Shown: positions 1 to 10,335, counted from the stretch's first letter. The stretch is DNA of 64,000 bases from an uncultured Gammaproteobacteria bacterium (GCA_964357925.1 CAYHMW010000002.1:23367-87366); one strand, 5' to 3'. Program-made: numbers and translations. Notes: generated by a model not told the origin, from the sequence alone.

Positions 1-769
1 CGTTGTCATATTCTTCGCTATATTCTTGATCGTAAACATGATACTCGATAGGATATCCAAAAGCTGTAGTTTTTTCTCGTTCCATCAACTTTTGCCTAAT
101 AGTCAATAATAATTCAACAACTCGAAATTGCTTCAAAAACTCTTTTGCTCCACTCAAACGCCTCTCTTTGTGCATCTTTGGAGGGAGTGGCATAAGCTGG
201 TCTTGTTCGTCGACCTTGTAATATGGTTGATATGGATCGTTTTGCAAAGTTTGCGAGTTATTACGAACATCGTTTGCAGTCAAAAACATTTGTATTACCA
301 AGTCTGGCTTGTACTTCAACCCAAAATTTGTAAGGGAAACCAACTGCTGAGCCGTTCCAGTATTACCCTGACCAGTCGCAATCACCTCAACTTGCCTCGC
401 CGAAGAATCGCGAAGGCGGGCCTCCACTTGCCTAAAAAACCTTTTCTCCAGGGGCACTTGTGTATTCTCTACAAAAGAATCTCCTAAAAACAGTATTCTA
501 TAAGTCCCCTCTGGTTTTTCAAAAGCGTGTTCTACATCCGGCCAACCATGCGAGTTAACTTCAATCCAAGTAAAATACTCTTTGGTGTGTGGGACAAACC
601 AACCTTTTTGATTTGGAATCAATCTACTTCCCAGTACGGAGTCATCTTGCCAGACGATAGTTGTGCGCACCGGCTTCAACCCAAAATATTTGTTGTCTGT
701 CACGTAATGATAAAGTCTAAATAATAGCTCTAGTGAAAAAAAAGCAAAGACGACCCCAATAATTGTCAT
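1..769 (-). CDS. SGNH/GDSL-family hydrolase (esterase or O-acetyltransferase-like), partial with C-terminus off the window edge; N-terminal membrane anchor
   Basis: Hand translation of the minus strand from the ATG at 767-769 down to position 1 gives an open frame with no stop, so it is absent from the complete-ORF track. It has an N-terminal TM segment (MTIIGVVFAFFSLELLF). It carries block I YRILFLGDSFVE (GDS), a Gly block TGQGNTGT and block III FLTANDV (GxND-like). Confidence 0.6.
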   Translation of the reverse strand, partial: MTIIGVVFAFFSLELLFRLYHYVTDNKYFGLKPVRTTIVWQDDSVLGSRLIPNQKGWFVPHTKEYFTWIEVNSHGWPDVEHAFEKPEGTYRILFLGDSFVENTQVPLEKRFFRQVEARLRDSSARQVEVIATGQGNTGTAQQLVSLTNFGLKYKPDLVIQMFLTANDVRNNSQTLQNDPYQPYYKVDEQDQLMPLPPKMHKERRLSGAKEFLKQFRVVELLLTIRQKLMEREKTTAFGYPIEYHVYDQEYSEEYDN

Positions 770-788
770 GCAAAGCCAAACAATTACG

Positions 789-2186
789 TTATTTATCCAC
801 CTTTTTGTAGACGAAGAGTTTTGTTGTTGGGACTCTTGAGAAGATTTTCCGGTCTCCCGTAAATTCTCGTTCATCAACTAGATTATACCCAAGTAAACCC
901 GGCAATGTCAGTACGCCATTGTGTTCCAAAATGACCGATTCAGTATTAAACTCCAATGGTGCTTCACTCCCAAGATAGTTTACCAATCCGGGAGCATAAT
1001 ATTGAAATTGCCTATAAGTAAAAGTCGATACAACAGTAGTATCTTTTGGGTCAAAATTATTGAGAACATACTTAACTGGTGCAACAGTAGGTGGTAGGGT
1101 AATGTGCTGGAGATACGCATACCGTAACCCAGTCATAAAAACAGGAAATATCGTAAATACTAGAATTAATTTTACGTAAACACTTCTATCGGCGATTTTT
1201 CCAATCAATAATAAAAGTGGCACAGATAGCGGCAGTACATACCTTGGAATTTCTAAGTTGTAAAAAATAAAAAGAGGTACGGCGTAGGAAACTAACCAAA
1301 CAAATATAAATAAGTAGTCAAAGTCACTATAAATTTTTTTCCAGTTTCTAGGAATATAAAAGCAAATGATTACAAAAAACACAAAAATCCACTTCGTATA
1401 GCCTGTCTCCAGTAACCATTTTAAATCATGCAGCCTGCTCCAAAAAGTAATATCGTCAGCAAAAATTGAATCATGCCAGTAAACGTAATCAGAGTGCTCG
1501 CGATACAAAAATACAAATTGTGAGAGTCCTGTATCAATGACCGTTGGGACAAGCCAAACCATAACTCCAGCTAAAAAATAAACAGTCGTTTTAAGCAATT
1601 CAATCAATCGCTTCCTTTTGTAAAGGATGAGCGACAAGAGTGATACTACGATTGAGTATTCTGCAAAACGATAGCCTAGCGATAAGCCACCCAAAAAAGC
1701 ACACCCATAGAGATATGCTTTAGGTTTCGCTTGATTCACACATAAATAACACAAAGTAGCAATTAACAAAACAAAAAATAATCCGACTATGTAATTAAGT
1801 GCTACCTCGCTCAAAGCCCAAACAATTGGAAACGACATAAGTAATAGTGAAGTCCAGTATGCAGAGGATCTACTCATCATTCTTTGAGCCAGGTAAAAAT
1901 ATGCCAAAAACAATCCCGACCCTGCTACAACTGATAGTAAAGTTAAAGCAAAAACGTCGTTTTTTGCAAAAATATCAATTATCCTGCCGGTTGCAATATA
2001 AACTGGATAACCGGGAGGGTGTGGAGTATGGTTCGCAATTGAGTAATCGTCGAGTGCCAGGGCATACTGCACACTATCCCAATCTTCAAGCCAAGGAGAA
2101 TACATCGTTGCCCTTGAGATAAGCACAAATACAAAAGTAATATAGACGACTAGATTTCTCCGGAAGTTGTCAGTTATTGTCTCCAT
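789..2186 (-). CDS. polytopic membrane glycosyltransferase, GT-C fold (ArnT/PMT-like, GT39/GT83-type)
   Basis: The 465-aa protein is hydrophobic throughout, with more than 10 predicted TM helices. It has an acidic DD motif in the first extracytoplasmic loop (LALDDYS) and a PPGYP motif. It sits within a glycosyltransferase cluster. Confidence 0.5.
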   Translation of the reverse strand: METITDNFRRNLVVYITFVFVLISRATMYSPWLEDWDSVQYALALDDYSIANHTPHPPGYPVYIATGRIIDIFAKNDVFALTLLSVVAGSGLFLAYFYLAQRMMSRSSAYWTSLLLMSFPIVWALSEVALNYIVGLFFVLLIATLCYLCVNQAKPKAYLYGCAFLGGLSLGYRFAEYSIVVSLLSLILYKRKRLIELLKTTVYFLAGVMVWLVPTVIDTGLSQFVFLYREHSDYVYWHDSIFADDITFWSRLHDLKWLLETGYTKWIFVFFVIICFYIPRNWKKIYSDFDYLFIFVWLVSYAVPLFIFYNLEIPRYVLPLSVPLLLLIGKIADRSVYVKLILVFTIFPVFMTGLRYAYLQHITLPPTVAPVKYVLNNFDPKDTTVVSTFTYRQFQYYAPGLVNYLGSEAPLEFNTESVILEHNGVLTLPGLLGYNLVDEREFTGDRKIFSRVPTTKLFVYKKVDK

Positions 2187-4063
2187 TTTATCCTTGAAAG
2201 AAATAAATAAACCAACACAGAAATTAACGTAATTTTAGTAACTCTGCTTCCTAGTTTGTATCCGGATGGCTCATACACCAAAACAATACGATCAGTATTA
2301 TTGATCAAACCAATTGATCTGTGGTGGTCAGGCGTTTCCTGAACACTGAGTGCTTCTCCGACAGAATCATAAGCAGTCCACCCAGGGCTATAAGTGTCTC
2401 TTAATAAAACACTATCGCCAGAGGAAAGTTCACTGGTGTCAAAGATAATTCTATTGGGCGAATAATAGAGGATACGAACGTTAGCTCTGGGTTTAAAGTA
2501 TTTGTTTAGGTAAACGAAAAAATGGCCATCATCAAACACTAAATAAGCTCCATCAATGTCGCGGCGAGTCTCAAGTATTAAATACTTAACATTATTGACT
2601 CCAAGAAGTTCCAGGTTTGGTTTGAATTCAGTAGCTTTATCTGACCCAAGCGGGGGAATAGCAAGAGAATAATAGTCCCAAAAGAAGTTTGTATAACCAA
2701 CTATCGCGCTCATGTAATTACTCTGAGTCAAAGTGCTATAGCCCTCGACTAGCTCAATGTCATAAAAGATCGCATCCCTTTGAGATACACAACGTGCCAC
2801 ACAAAAGACCCTCATCTGCTCGGCATCCGAAGCCAGGTAGTTGAGAATTTGCGCTGAAACATAACTGTTCTTTTTAAAATCCCTAGCCGTATAAGTCCAC
2901 GACAAGACCAAACTTTCAACTACCAAGACTAGCGCAACCAGCTTAAAATATTTGATTTTCTCAGCGCCATATGCAGCCAAGACGATACCGAGAAGGGTTA
3001 CTACAACCCACATTCGACTTGCGACACGCATTAGTCTATACCAAGACATACTGACCAATACGTCCCTGGCAGGGGAGATATTGTTCAATGTAACTACAAG
3101 AACTACAACAAAGGCCAAGCAAACTAGTAGTCTGAGTTTCCTAGGTAATCTTAAAAGTCCTAAAAATGCCAGCAACGAAACTCCAGTGCCTAAGGTCAAC
3201 CATTTTTCAGTCTCAACCGATTGCAATGCGCCTGCGCCGCCCCACCACGGAACAAAAACAGCTTTAACAAAATCAAGCCCCCCGGACCATATTGGGTAAA
3301 CTTCAGGATTCTTAAGTAACAAAAATCGTGTGGTCTCAGGACTCCACAGTAATTGTGGGATCAACACAATTGCACTAAAACCAAATGTTAGTACTGAAGT
3401 CAAAAAGTAATAAAAAAAAGCTCGCTTCATAGTTTTTGCTTGAAACGCTACTAAAGTAAACAAACCCGCGCTGAAAAAGCCAATAACTACAAACGTGATG
3501 TTATGCAAAAGAAATACCGTTGCCATGAGCAGGGCAAGAACTAGGCTAGTAGTTAGTCTTGGCTTCCGCGCAACTTCCAGACTATAAAATAAGATCCATG
3601 GTAAGTACGCCCATGAAGTTATTAGTCCGAAATGTCCGGCTTCAAGATAAGCCGAGAGTCTGGGGGCAGTCACGTACAAAAGCCCAGCAAGAAGAGCAGA
3701 TCTGCTTTTAAGGCTTAACCCCTTTAAAACGAGCATATACATGCCGACGCCACCAACAACGATATGCAAAACTATCGAAGTTATGAACCCGGCACCAATT
3801 GGCAAAAATATAAAAATAGTATTTGGCAAATAAAAGAGCATAGCTTGTGGATCAGGTAAAAGAGGGGTTCCAGAAAGTATATTGCTATACCAGAGTGGAA
3901 GCTCGCCATGGTCCCCCAAACTATTTTTTGTATATTCAATAATTGGCCAGAAAAATTCTTGTAGATCGTTGCCGCGGTTCAATAAAAGCGAAGGGCTCAC
4001 CAAAAAAGGAAGGCACATTGCCAAGGTGCCTAGAACAATCAACAAATAATGCTTATATCTCAC
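2174..4063 (-). CDS. polytopic membrane protein, YfhO/GT-C-like, with a C-terminal extracytoplasmic beta-rich domain of about 190 aa
   Basis: The 629-aa protein has about 12 TM helices in its N-terminal 440 aa followed by a soluble C-terminal domain. It overlaps the upstream gene by 13 nt, which suggests an operon. Confidence 0.5.
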   Translation of the reverse strand: MRYKHYLLIVLGTLAMCLPFLVSPSLLLNRGNDLQEFFWPIIEYTKNSLGDHGELPLWYSNILSGTPLLPDPQAMLFYLPNTIFIFLPIGAGFITSIVLHIVVGGVGMYMLVLKGLSLKSRSALLAGLLYVTAPRLSAYLEAGHFGLITSWAYLPWILFYSLEVARKPRLTTSLVLALLMATVFLLHNITFVVIGFFSAGLFTLVAFQAKTMKRAFFYYFLTSVLTFGFSAIVLIPQLLWSPETTRFLLLKNPEVYPIWSGGLDFVKAVFVPWWGGAGALQSVETEKWLTLGTGVSLLAFLGLLRLPRKLRLLVCLAFVVVLVVTLNNISPARDVLVSMSWYRLMRVASRMWVVVTLLGIVLAAYGAEKIKYFKLVALVLVVESLVLSWTYTARDFKKNSYVSAQILNYLASDAEQMRVFCVARCVSQRDAIFYDIELVEGYSTLTQSNYMSAIVGYTNFFWDYYSLAIPPLGSDKATEFKPNLELLGVNNVKYLILETRRDIDGAYLVFDDGHFFVYLNKYFKPRANVRILYYSPNRIIFDTSELSSGDSVLLRDTYSPGWTAYDSVGEALSVQETPDHHRSIGLINNTDRIVLVYEPSGYKLGSRVTKITLISVLVYLFLSRIKWRQ

Positions 4064-4082
4064 AATATATTATAATAACCCA

Positions 4083-4251
4083 CATGTTTCTGACGTCACT
4101 TCTATTTATCACAATATGCAACGCACTAGTAGTTGCACTACTGCTTGTAACAGAACATCCAGGATATGCAATTAAATTTTCAAATTATTTATTTTTGGCA
4201 CTCACGATTCATCTACTTGTCACCCTGTTAAAACATGCGAAAAAGTCATAG
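4083..4251 (+). CDS. possible small 2-TM membrane protein (56 aa), doubtful
   Basis: Internal ATG of the 3943..4251 ORF. It lies in the divergent intergenic region after a TATAAT-like box, and its hydrophobic sequence is MFLTSLLFITICNALVVALLLV... Confidence 0.2.
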
Positions 4252-6730
4252 TCTGTTTCTCTTATTTTTCTTTATACTGCCATTAATTCTTGTTTTTAAG
4301 TCACTATTTCTTCCCGGTCCGCTTGCGTGGGGGGACGCACCACATTTTTATCCAAACGAACTTAAGGAGCTCTTGAACTTTCCATCTGCATGGACTGAAA
4401 GAGGACATCTCCTTGGGGGCGTCAATCAACTTGTTTGGTTGTCACCACTAATGTTTATATATGGTTTATTAGGAACTTTGTTCGGCAACGACCTAGTAAT
4501 CAGACTTATGTTTTACTTTCCGTCGCTTATTCTCTCCGCCACTGGAGCTAGACATCTCGCCAGACATTATAAATTATCAGCAAACGGACAGTTTTTTGCT
4601 TCCTTAGTCTATATCCTCAACACCTATTTCATTACATTAATAGATGGTGGACAAGCAGGACTCGCTCTGGCATACGGCATATTCCCGTGGACGATACTTC
4701 ATTTAATAAAATTACTAGATAATCCAAGAACCACAACTTTTTCAAAAGCATTACTATCTTTGTCGTTACTCACACTGGCAGATCCAAGAATAGCATTAAT
4801 AGCCGACCTTTTTATTTTCATTAGCTACATTAGGAGCCGCAACTTATTTCTGTTTTTTGTCTTAAATGCAATAAACGTTGCCCTTCACGCCTACTGGCTT
4901 GTTCCTTTCCTTAGAATTGTTGGCAGCGCACCTACAGCAGGCGGATCCTACTTGCAATTGACATCCGTCCTTAACGGACTAACGCTTTATCAACCTCACT
5001 GGCCTAAAAATATATTTGGCAAAATTACATACCCAGCAATTCCAGGAGCCCTTCTCTTGTTGCTGCTCACGACTTCATTGCTCACCGCACGAACACGCAA
5101 AACACGAACAATTGGTATCCTATTTTTGCTATCAACTCTGCTTGTTAATGGCGAAACACTCCCACTCGGTTATTTCTACAGCTGGCTTATGAACAACATC
5201 CCGGGATCTGCCGCTTTCCGAGATTCTACAAAGTTTTTCTTCCCACTGACGCTTTTTGCAGGGCTCTTGTTGGGTTCACTCGCGGAGCAAACTAAAAACA
5301 AACTTCTACCAGGAATAATATATATGGTTATCTTGGGCAGTATTGCTCCGGCATTATTAGGTCAAATGAACTTCGTTCTTTCACGAAGAAGTCCATCGCC
5401 AGATTTTGAAAAACTGAATACTTATTTATCCAATGAAACAGGCTTCGGAAGGACAGCTTGGGTTCCCGAACAGCCTCCACTTGCTACACAAACCATAAAT
5501 AAACCAGCAACTAATGCCCGGGAGCTTGTAAATCTACGCCCACTAGGAAGACTCAATGCAGGTACGTTTGATCGATTCAATTATTTCCACAATGGAAAAT
5601 TCCTCGATTTCTACAGACTGTTTGGTATTAAGCATTTAGTGCTAAGCGGCGATCCCAGGGCGATTCAATTAAACAAAGAAGAGGAAAAACATTGGGAAGA
5701 TCTTTCTTTAAGAATTGCAACAAGTGCTGGGTTAATAAAAGAGGACACTAACACAAGCATTGGAGTATTTAGAGTTGATGAAACACTCCCACATATTTAT
5801 GGAGTTGAAAACGTGATTGCAGTTGTAGGGAGCGACGATATTTATGAGTCAGTGAGTCCCATTGGTCAGCCATTTGTTTTTTTCGAAGATGGAAAGTTGA
5901 ATCCAAAAAATCTTGATAATTATGATCAAGATTCAATAAAAATTCTATTTAACAACAAATCAGAGTTGGATCTAACAATGAGTTTTCTTCAGGAATATTA
6001 TTACGGGTCGCCGGAAGCAAAGGAATCAGGTTGGGCAGAGCATTCCGACTATCTTCAATATAAATATGAACTCTTAGTAAAAGGTCTGAACTATAACGAC
6101 TTTGATTATGGCCGTGGCATCGCGTTTTCAACAATGGAAGGCGAGAAAATACGATTCGATTTCAACGTAGCAAAAGAAGGTGATTATATTTTCGCAACTC
6201 GCTCTCTGAACAATAATTCACTTGAGTGGAATGTTAGGGGGTTGAGTCTTGAGCGTGGGGTCCACACGGAAACAATAATAAGTAGTGGAAAACTGAGTTT
6301 ACTAAACGTAGTCGCCTTGATTCCAAAAGAAGAATTTATTGAAGCGGAAGCTAAAGCCAAATCACTAGTATCTAAGTTTGAAGTTATCGAAAAAATAGAC
6401 TTATCCGTCGTCCCTAAACAAATTCTTAAAGTAGACTTTTCAAACAAAAGCCCTGTCAAATACGAAATAGAATCATCAGTCGGAGGTCGTTGGCTAATTT
6501 TTTCTGATTCATACCACAAAAACTGGAAGCTCAGGACAAAAAACAACTCAATCGACTCTTTGCCAATTTACTCTACCATAAATGGTTTCTACCTTGGCGG
6601 TAGTCAAGAAGACGTGGAAATCGTCTTCGCCCCCCAGAAGTATTTCATGGAAGGCATATATGTTAGCCTTACTGTTCTTAGTATCCTTGTTATCTCGTTT
6701 GCCATAGCCTACTCTAAGAAAAAGAAGTGA
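4235..6730 (+). CDS. large membrane protein, YfhO/GT-C-like N-terminal TM domain (about 370 aa) plus extracytoplasmic domain of about 460 aa
   Basis: The 831-aa protein has multiple TM helices followed by a large soluble domain. It is the first gene of the long + strand glycan operon. Confidence 0.5.
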   Translation: MRKSHSLFLLFFFILPLILVFKSLFLPGPLAWGDAPHFYPNELKELLNFPSAWTERGHLLGGVNQLVWLSPLMFIYGLLGTLFGNDLVIRLMFYFPSLILSATGARHLARHYKLSANGQFFASLVYILNTYFITLIDGGQAGLALAYGIFPWTILHLIKLLDNPRTTTFSKALLSLSLLTLADPRIALIADLFIFISYIRSRNLFLFFVLNAINVALHAYWLVPFLRIVGSAPTAGGSYLQLTSVLNGLTLYQPHWPKNIFGKITYPAIPGALLLLLLTTSLLTARTRKTRTIGILFLLSTLLVNGETLPLGYFYSWLMNNIPGSAAFRDSTKFFFPLTLFAGLLLGSLAEQTKNKLLPGIIYMVILGSIAPALLGQMNFVLSRRSPSPDFEKLNTYLSNETGFGRTAWVPEQPPLATQTINKPATNARELVNLRPLGRLNAGTFDRFNYFHNGKFLDFYRLFGIKHLVLSGDPRAIQLNKEEEKHWEDLSLRIATSAGLIKEDTNTSIGVFRVDETLPHIYGVENVIAVVGSDDIYESVSPIGQPFVFFEDGKLNPKNLDNYDQDSIKILFNNKSELDLTMSFLQEYYYGSPEAKESGWAEHSDYLQYKYELLVKGLNYNDFDYGRGIAFSTMEGEKIRFDFNVAKEGDYIFATRSLNNNSLEWNVRGLSLERGVHTETIISSGKLSLLNVVALIPKEEFIEAEAKAKSLVSKFEVIEKIDLSVVPKQILKVDFSNKSPVKYEIESSVGGRWLIFSDSYHKNWKLRTKNNSIDSLPIYSTINGFYLGGSQEDVEIVFAPQKYFMEGIYVSLTVLSILVISFAIAYSKKKK

Positions 6731-8016
6731 ACAAATACATAAGCGACTTGAAAGATTTAGTTTTTTCAAAAACGGCCAAGGACGCCACAGTGGTATTTAT
6801 TGGAAATGCCACCTCGTCACTCCTGGCCATTGTATTTACAATATTTGCAGCACGCTCGCTGGGGCCTGAAAATTGGGGAATGGTCGCAGCCGTCACAAGC
6901 CTCGTTGCCATTCTTGTGGCTTTCGGAGAACTAGGTCTCGATGCCGGTCTTCTCAAGTTCGTCTCTAAATTGTGGAGAGAAAACAAATTCAAGGAGGCAA
7001 AAAGTATTTTTCAAACAGTATTCACAGTCCGACTGATGCTCGCAGCTACAATAATTGCAATTTTGTTTTTGGCTCCACAGGAAATATCAAAATTAGCTTT
7101 TAACTCAAAAGACACCTCGCTCGTATACTTTTCAGCCTTAGGTTTTCTTGCTGCTCTCATCTTTGATTATCAAATCGCCGCAACTCAATCTAAAGAACAC
7201 TGGATAGTTGCTGCCTTTCTGCTCACCTTAACAAACATAATTCGAATCCTCGGGTTGCTATTTTTAATCTGGACAGATTCTGTAAATTTAGCATCTGTAC
7301 TTAAAGTCTTCACAGGCAGCGGCTTCATATGTTTTCTTCTTTCTCTCTACTGGCATCAGACACCCTTGGGTTTTTCAAAAAACTGGCAAGAAATTCTTCG
7401 CCAGATAATACCGTTTTCAGGGTGGATGGGTCTCAATAAAATAGTAAGCGTCTTAAACGGGAGAATAGATGTTCTCTTGCTCTTGAGTCTCTCGAGCGCA
7501 TATAGCGCAGGAGTGTATGCTGCAGCGAACAGGCTGGCAATGGGTGTGCCAATCATAGTTGCCAGCTTCGCCACAGTTTTGGCACCAAAACTTGCAGGCT
7601 TCAATACAAAAGAAGAATTAGAAATATACTTCAAAAAAAGTCTAGGTCTAACACTCCTAATTTCCATCGGACTCTTATTCGGAGTCTTAGTCTCACCTTT
7701 CGTAATCAAGCTCTTCGGTCCAGAATACAAAGAGGCCGGCCCGATACTTCAACTACTTTTCATAAGCTATATTCCTTTTACACTCTCGACTCCAGCTGTT
7801 AATACTCTAATCTACTCATTCAAGCGACCACAAATCATTGCGATAATGACAATTATTCAATCGCCGCTTGTGATAGCGGCCAACTACTTTCTGATTCCCA
7901 GATTCGATATCTACGCCCCAGTAGTTATTATTGCGGCTACAAACACGATCTCTATGTTTGTCAGTTATTATTTTGTCTGGCGCTACTTATCAAAAAAAGA
8001 AGAAGGTCTTCAATGA
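6727..8016 (+). CDS. polysaccharide biosynthesis protein / oligosaccharide flippase (Wzx-like, MOP superfamily)
   Basis: The 429-aa protein has about 12-14 TM helices. Its N-terminal pattern (VVFIGNATSSLLAIVFTIFAARSLGPENWGMVAAVTSLV) is typical of PF01943/PF13440 flippases. Its start overlaps the upstream stop. Confidence 0.7.
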   Translation: MNKYISDLKDLVFSKTAKDATVVFIGNATSSLLAIVFTIFAARSLGPENWGMVAAVTSLVAILVAFGELGLDAGLLKFVSKLWRENKFKEAKSIFQTVFTVRLMLAATIIAILFLAPQEISKLAFNSKDTSLVYFSALGFLAALIFDYQIAATQSKEHWIVAAFLLTLTNIIRILGLLFLIWTDSVNLASVLKVFTGSGFICFLLSLYWHQTPLGFSKNWQEILRQIIPFSGWMGLNKIVSVLNGRIDVLLLLSLSSAYSAGVYAAANRLAMGVPIIVASFATVLAPKLAGFNTKEELEIYFKKSLGLTLLISIGLLFGVLVSPFVIKLFGPEYKEAGPILQLLFISYIPFTLSTPAVNTLIYSFKRPQIIAIMTIIQSPLVIAANYFLIPRFDIYAPVVIIAATNTISMFVSYYFVWRYLSKKEEGLQ

Positions 8017-8855
8017 AAATATCAGCTCATGTTTTAGTCAAAAATGAAGCCAGATTTATTTGGTACTCAGTTATGTCCGTCATTAATCATGTCGACAAAG
8101 TTAGATTAGTCGACACCGGGAGTACCGATGGGACTCTCGAAATAATTGAAGAACTCCGAAAAACACCAGTCGGTAAAGAAAAAATAATCTTCCAGAAATT
8201 TAAACTCGATCCTTTTAACGAAGAGGTGGCAAGGCAGCAAATGCTAGATGCAACAATTGAAGATTGGTTTATTGTTATCGATGGCGACGAAATTTGGTGG
8301 GAAGACAGTATTAAAGCAGTAACCCAAATGATACATGGGAAGGGCAATCAATATGAATCAATTGTCGTCCCAACTATTAATGTGGTTGGCGACATGTTCC
8401 ACTACCAAGAAGAAAAAGCTGGTCTATATAAACTCGCCGGCAGAAAAGGTCATTATAATTTAAGAGCAATAAATAGGTCGATCCCAGGTTTAAAGTCCCT
8501 TGGAGAGCATGGGATCTGGGGCTGGGCAGATGAGGATAATAAAATGATTCAGGACCGCGACCCGGGAAAAATATTATTTGTCGACGCACCGTACTTGCAC
8601 ACCACCTTTCTACAGCGTGCAGGTAATGTCACAGACGACAAAAAAGTCCTAAAGCGCGCGCAAAAGCTCAAACACGAAATAGGAATTCCATTTCCAGGTG
8701 ATTATTATTATCCGGAAGTTTTTTTCAGAGAAAAGCCAAATATTGTTAAAGATGTTTGGCAGAACATGCCAGGTTCCTTCTATTTGCAATCGATAATCGA
8801 AACCCCCTTAAGGAAATTAAAACGCAGATTGCTCCCTCCAAAAGTTGGTTATTGA
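8013..8855 (+). CDS. GT-A fold glycosyltransferase (GT2-like)
   Basis: N-terminal HVLVKNEARFI...VDTGSTDGT is typical of GT2-like enzymes. It has a DGDE acidic motif. It forms an ATGA junction with the flippase gene. Confidence 0.5.
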   Translation: MKISAHVLVKNEARFIWYSVMSVINHVDKVRLVDTGSTDGTLEIIEELRKTPVGKEKIIFQKFKLDPFNEEVARQQMLDATIEDWFIVIDGDEIWWEDSIKAVTQMIHGKGNQYESIVVPTINVVGDMFHYQEEKAGLYKLAGRKGHYNLRAINRSIPGLKSLGEHGIWGWADEDNKMIQDRDPGKILFVDAPYLHTTFLQRAGNVTDDKKVLKRAQKLKHEIGIPFPGDYYYPEVFFREKPNIVKDVWQNMPGSFYLQSIIETPLRKLKRRLLPPKVGY

Positions 8856-9472
8856 AGATCAACTCCTAGAAGTTCTGACAAGTCGAGACGAAGTTGAGCT
8901 GCATCTCGGAATAGGAGCCCTTTAATCCCCAGTTTTTCACAAGCAACTAAGTTTTCCTCCCTGTCATCGACGAATATTGTCTCTCTTACAGTAGTTTTCA
9001 TATTTTGTATCGCTGTTAGGTAAATCCTAGGATCAGGTTTTGCTACCCCTACTGTGCATGAGCAATATACGCCATTGAATATATCTTTCAATCCGAACTT
9101 TCGCATCTTAATATCCACCCAATCCACGGCAGTATTAGTAATAACCCCAATCTTAAAGCCTTTCTCCCGAAGCTTAGCTGCGATAAGCAGGACATCTTTG
9201 TTCCCCCGAACTCCATCTTCGTAATACTTCTCGAGAGTCCCTCGGATTGGTTTTTTAGGTGCAAGCTCGTATACCTCGTCCCAAAAGGTGCTTGCAAGTT
9301 CAGCCCCGATAGAGAGTTTTGGCCAGTGTTTGTTGTATAGCTCATGAAGTTTTTCAGCAGTAAGCCCGGATTCCTCCACGACTTTCCTATATTCATCCTC
9401 CCACCGATCAGAGTCAGAGCCGATGACTCCTCCGAAATCAAAAATTATAGTTTTGTAATTACTCACGTCCAT
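8849..9472 (-). CDS. HAD-superfamily hydrolase (subfamily IA-like phosphatase/phosphomutase)
   Basis: Motif I IIFDFGGVI, motif III K, motif IV FVDDREENL. Confidence 0.8.
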   Translation of the reverse strand: MDVSNYKTIIFDFGGVIGSDSDRWEDEYRKVVEESGLTAEKLHELYNKHWPKLSIGAELASTFWDEVYELAPKKPIRGTLEKYYEDGVRGNKDVLLIAAKLREKGFKIGVITNTAVDWVDIKMRKFGLKDIFNGVYCSCTVGVAKPDPRIYLTAIQNMKTTVRETIFVDDREENLVACEKLGIKGLLFRDAAQLRLDLSELLGVDLQ

Positions 9473-9510
9473 GGCTTCAACCTCCTTACATATTAAAGTA
9501 AAATATAGTC

Positions 9511-10335
9511 ATGATTCAATGCAAACTCTGCGGCAGTACTAGTTTCAAGCCCATTTACGTCGACCCTGCAATCGAAAAATGTGCCAAATGCGAGCTGGTA
9601 AGAACTAAAAAAACACCACATCCTAATTACAGAAGCTACCACCGGGACGTTGACTACGAGAATAATGAAAAGCTTTTTAGAAACATATTTCTAAAGCGTT
9701 ACAAATTGATTGCTGGATTTACAAACAAGAAAGGCAAAGTACTTGAAATCGGCTGCTCCACAGGTGTTTTCCTTGAAATCTTCAAGCAAAATAGCTGGGA
9801 TGTAGTGGGAATAGAACCTTCCCAATCTGGAAAAGTAGCTGAAGCAAAAGGCATAAAGGTTATAAAAAACTCATTCGAGAAGGTAAAGTTCAAGAGTAAA
9901 TTCGACCTAATAATCTTAAATCACACCCTAGAACATGTCGAAGACCCAGTGTTTGTACTCACGAAGGCACAAAAACTTCTTAGTGAAGACGGTCTCCTGT
10001 TTGTTGATGTTCCAAATTTCGACAGTTTTAGTAGTAGACTCTGGGGGAAAAGATGGAAATACCTACTTCCAGAAGAACACGTTCACCATTTTACTTCGTG
10101 GTCGCTTATAAAAGCTCTTGAAGGATCAGGTCTCAAACCAATTTATATCAACACCTGGACTGGTGTATTTGATGTAGATAACCCATTACAAAAAATAGTC
10201 ACACAAATAACTTCAGGCAAACCATATTTATATAAAAGTTTCATTTTAGATATGCTCAATCTCCCCTTCGATATTCTAAGTACAAAAATATTCCACCTAG
10301 GTACAAATTTAGTAGTAATAGCTAAAAAACCATGA
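9511..10335 (+). CDS. class I SAM-dependent methyltransferase with N-terminal 4-Cys zinc ribbon (sugar C- or O-methyltransferase-like)
   Basis: CKLCGS...CAKCE zinc ribbon; SAM motif I VLEIGCSTGVF; acidic motif II. Confidence 0.8.
   Translation: MIQCKLCGSTSFKPIYVDPAIEKCAKCELVRTKKTPHPNYRSYHRDVDYENNEKLFRNIFLKRYKLIAGFTNKKGKVLEIGCSTGVFLEIFKQNSWDVVGIEPSQSGKVAEAKGIKVIKNSFEKVKFKSKFDLIILNHTLEHVEDPVFVLTKAQKLLSEDGLLFVDVPNFDSFSSRLWGKRWKYLLPEEHVHHFTSWSLIKALEGSGLKPIYINTWTGVFDVDNPLQKIVTQITSGKPYLYKSFILDMLNLPFDILSTKIFHLGTNLVVIAKKP

Noticed and set aside
128-724. ORF-track CDS candidates 128..487 and 527..724 on the + strand
   Set aside because: They are antisense to a continuous, motif-bearing minus-strand SGNH hydrolase ORF (1..769). 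Their translations have no recognisable features.
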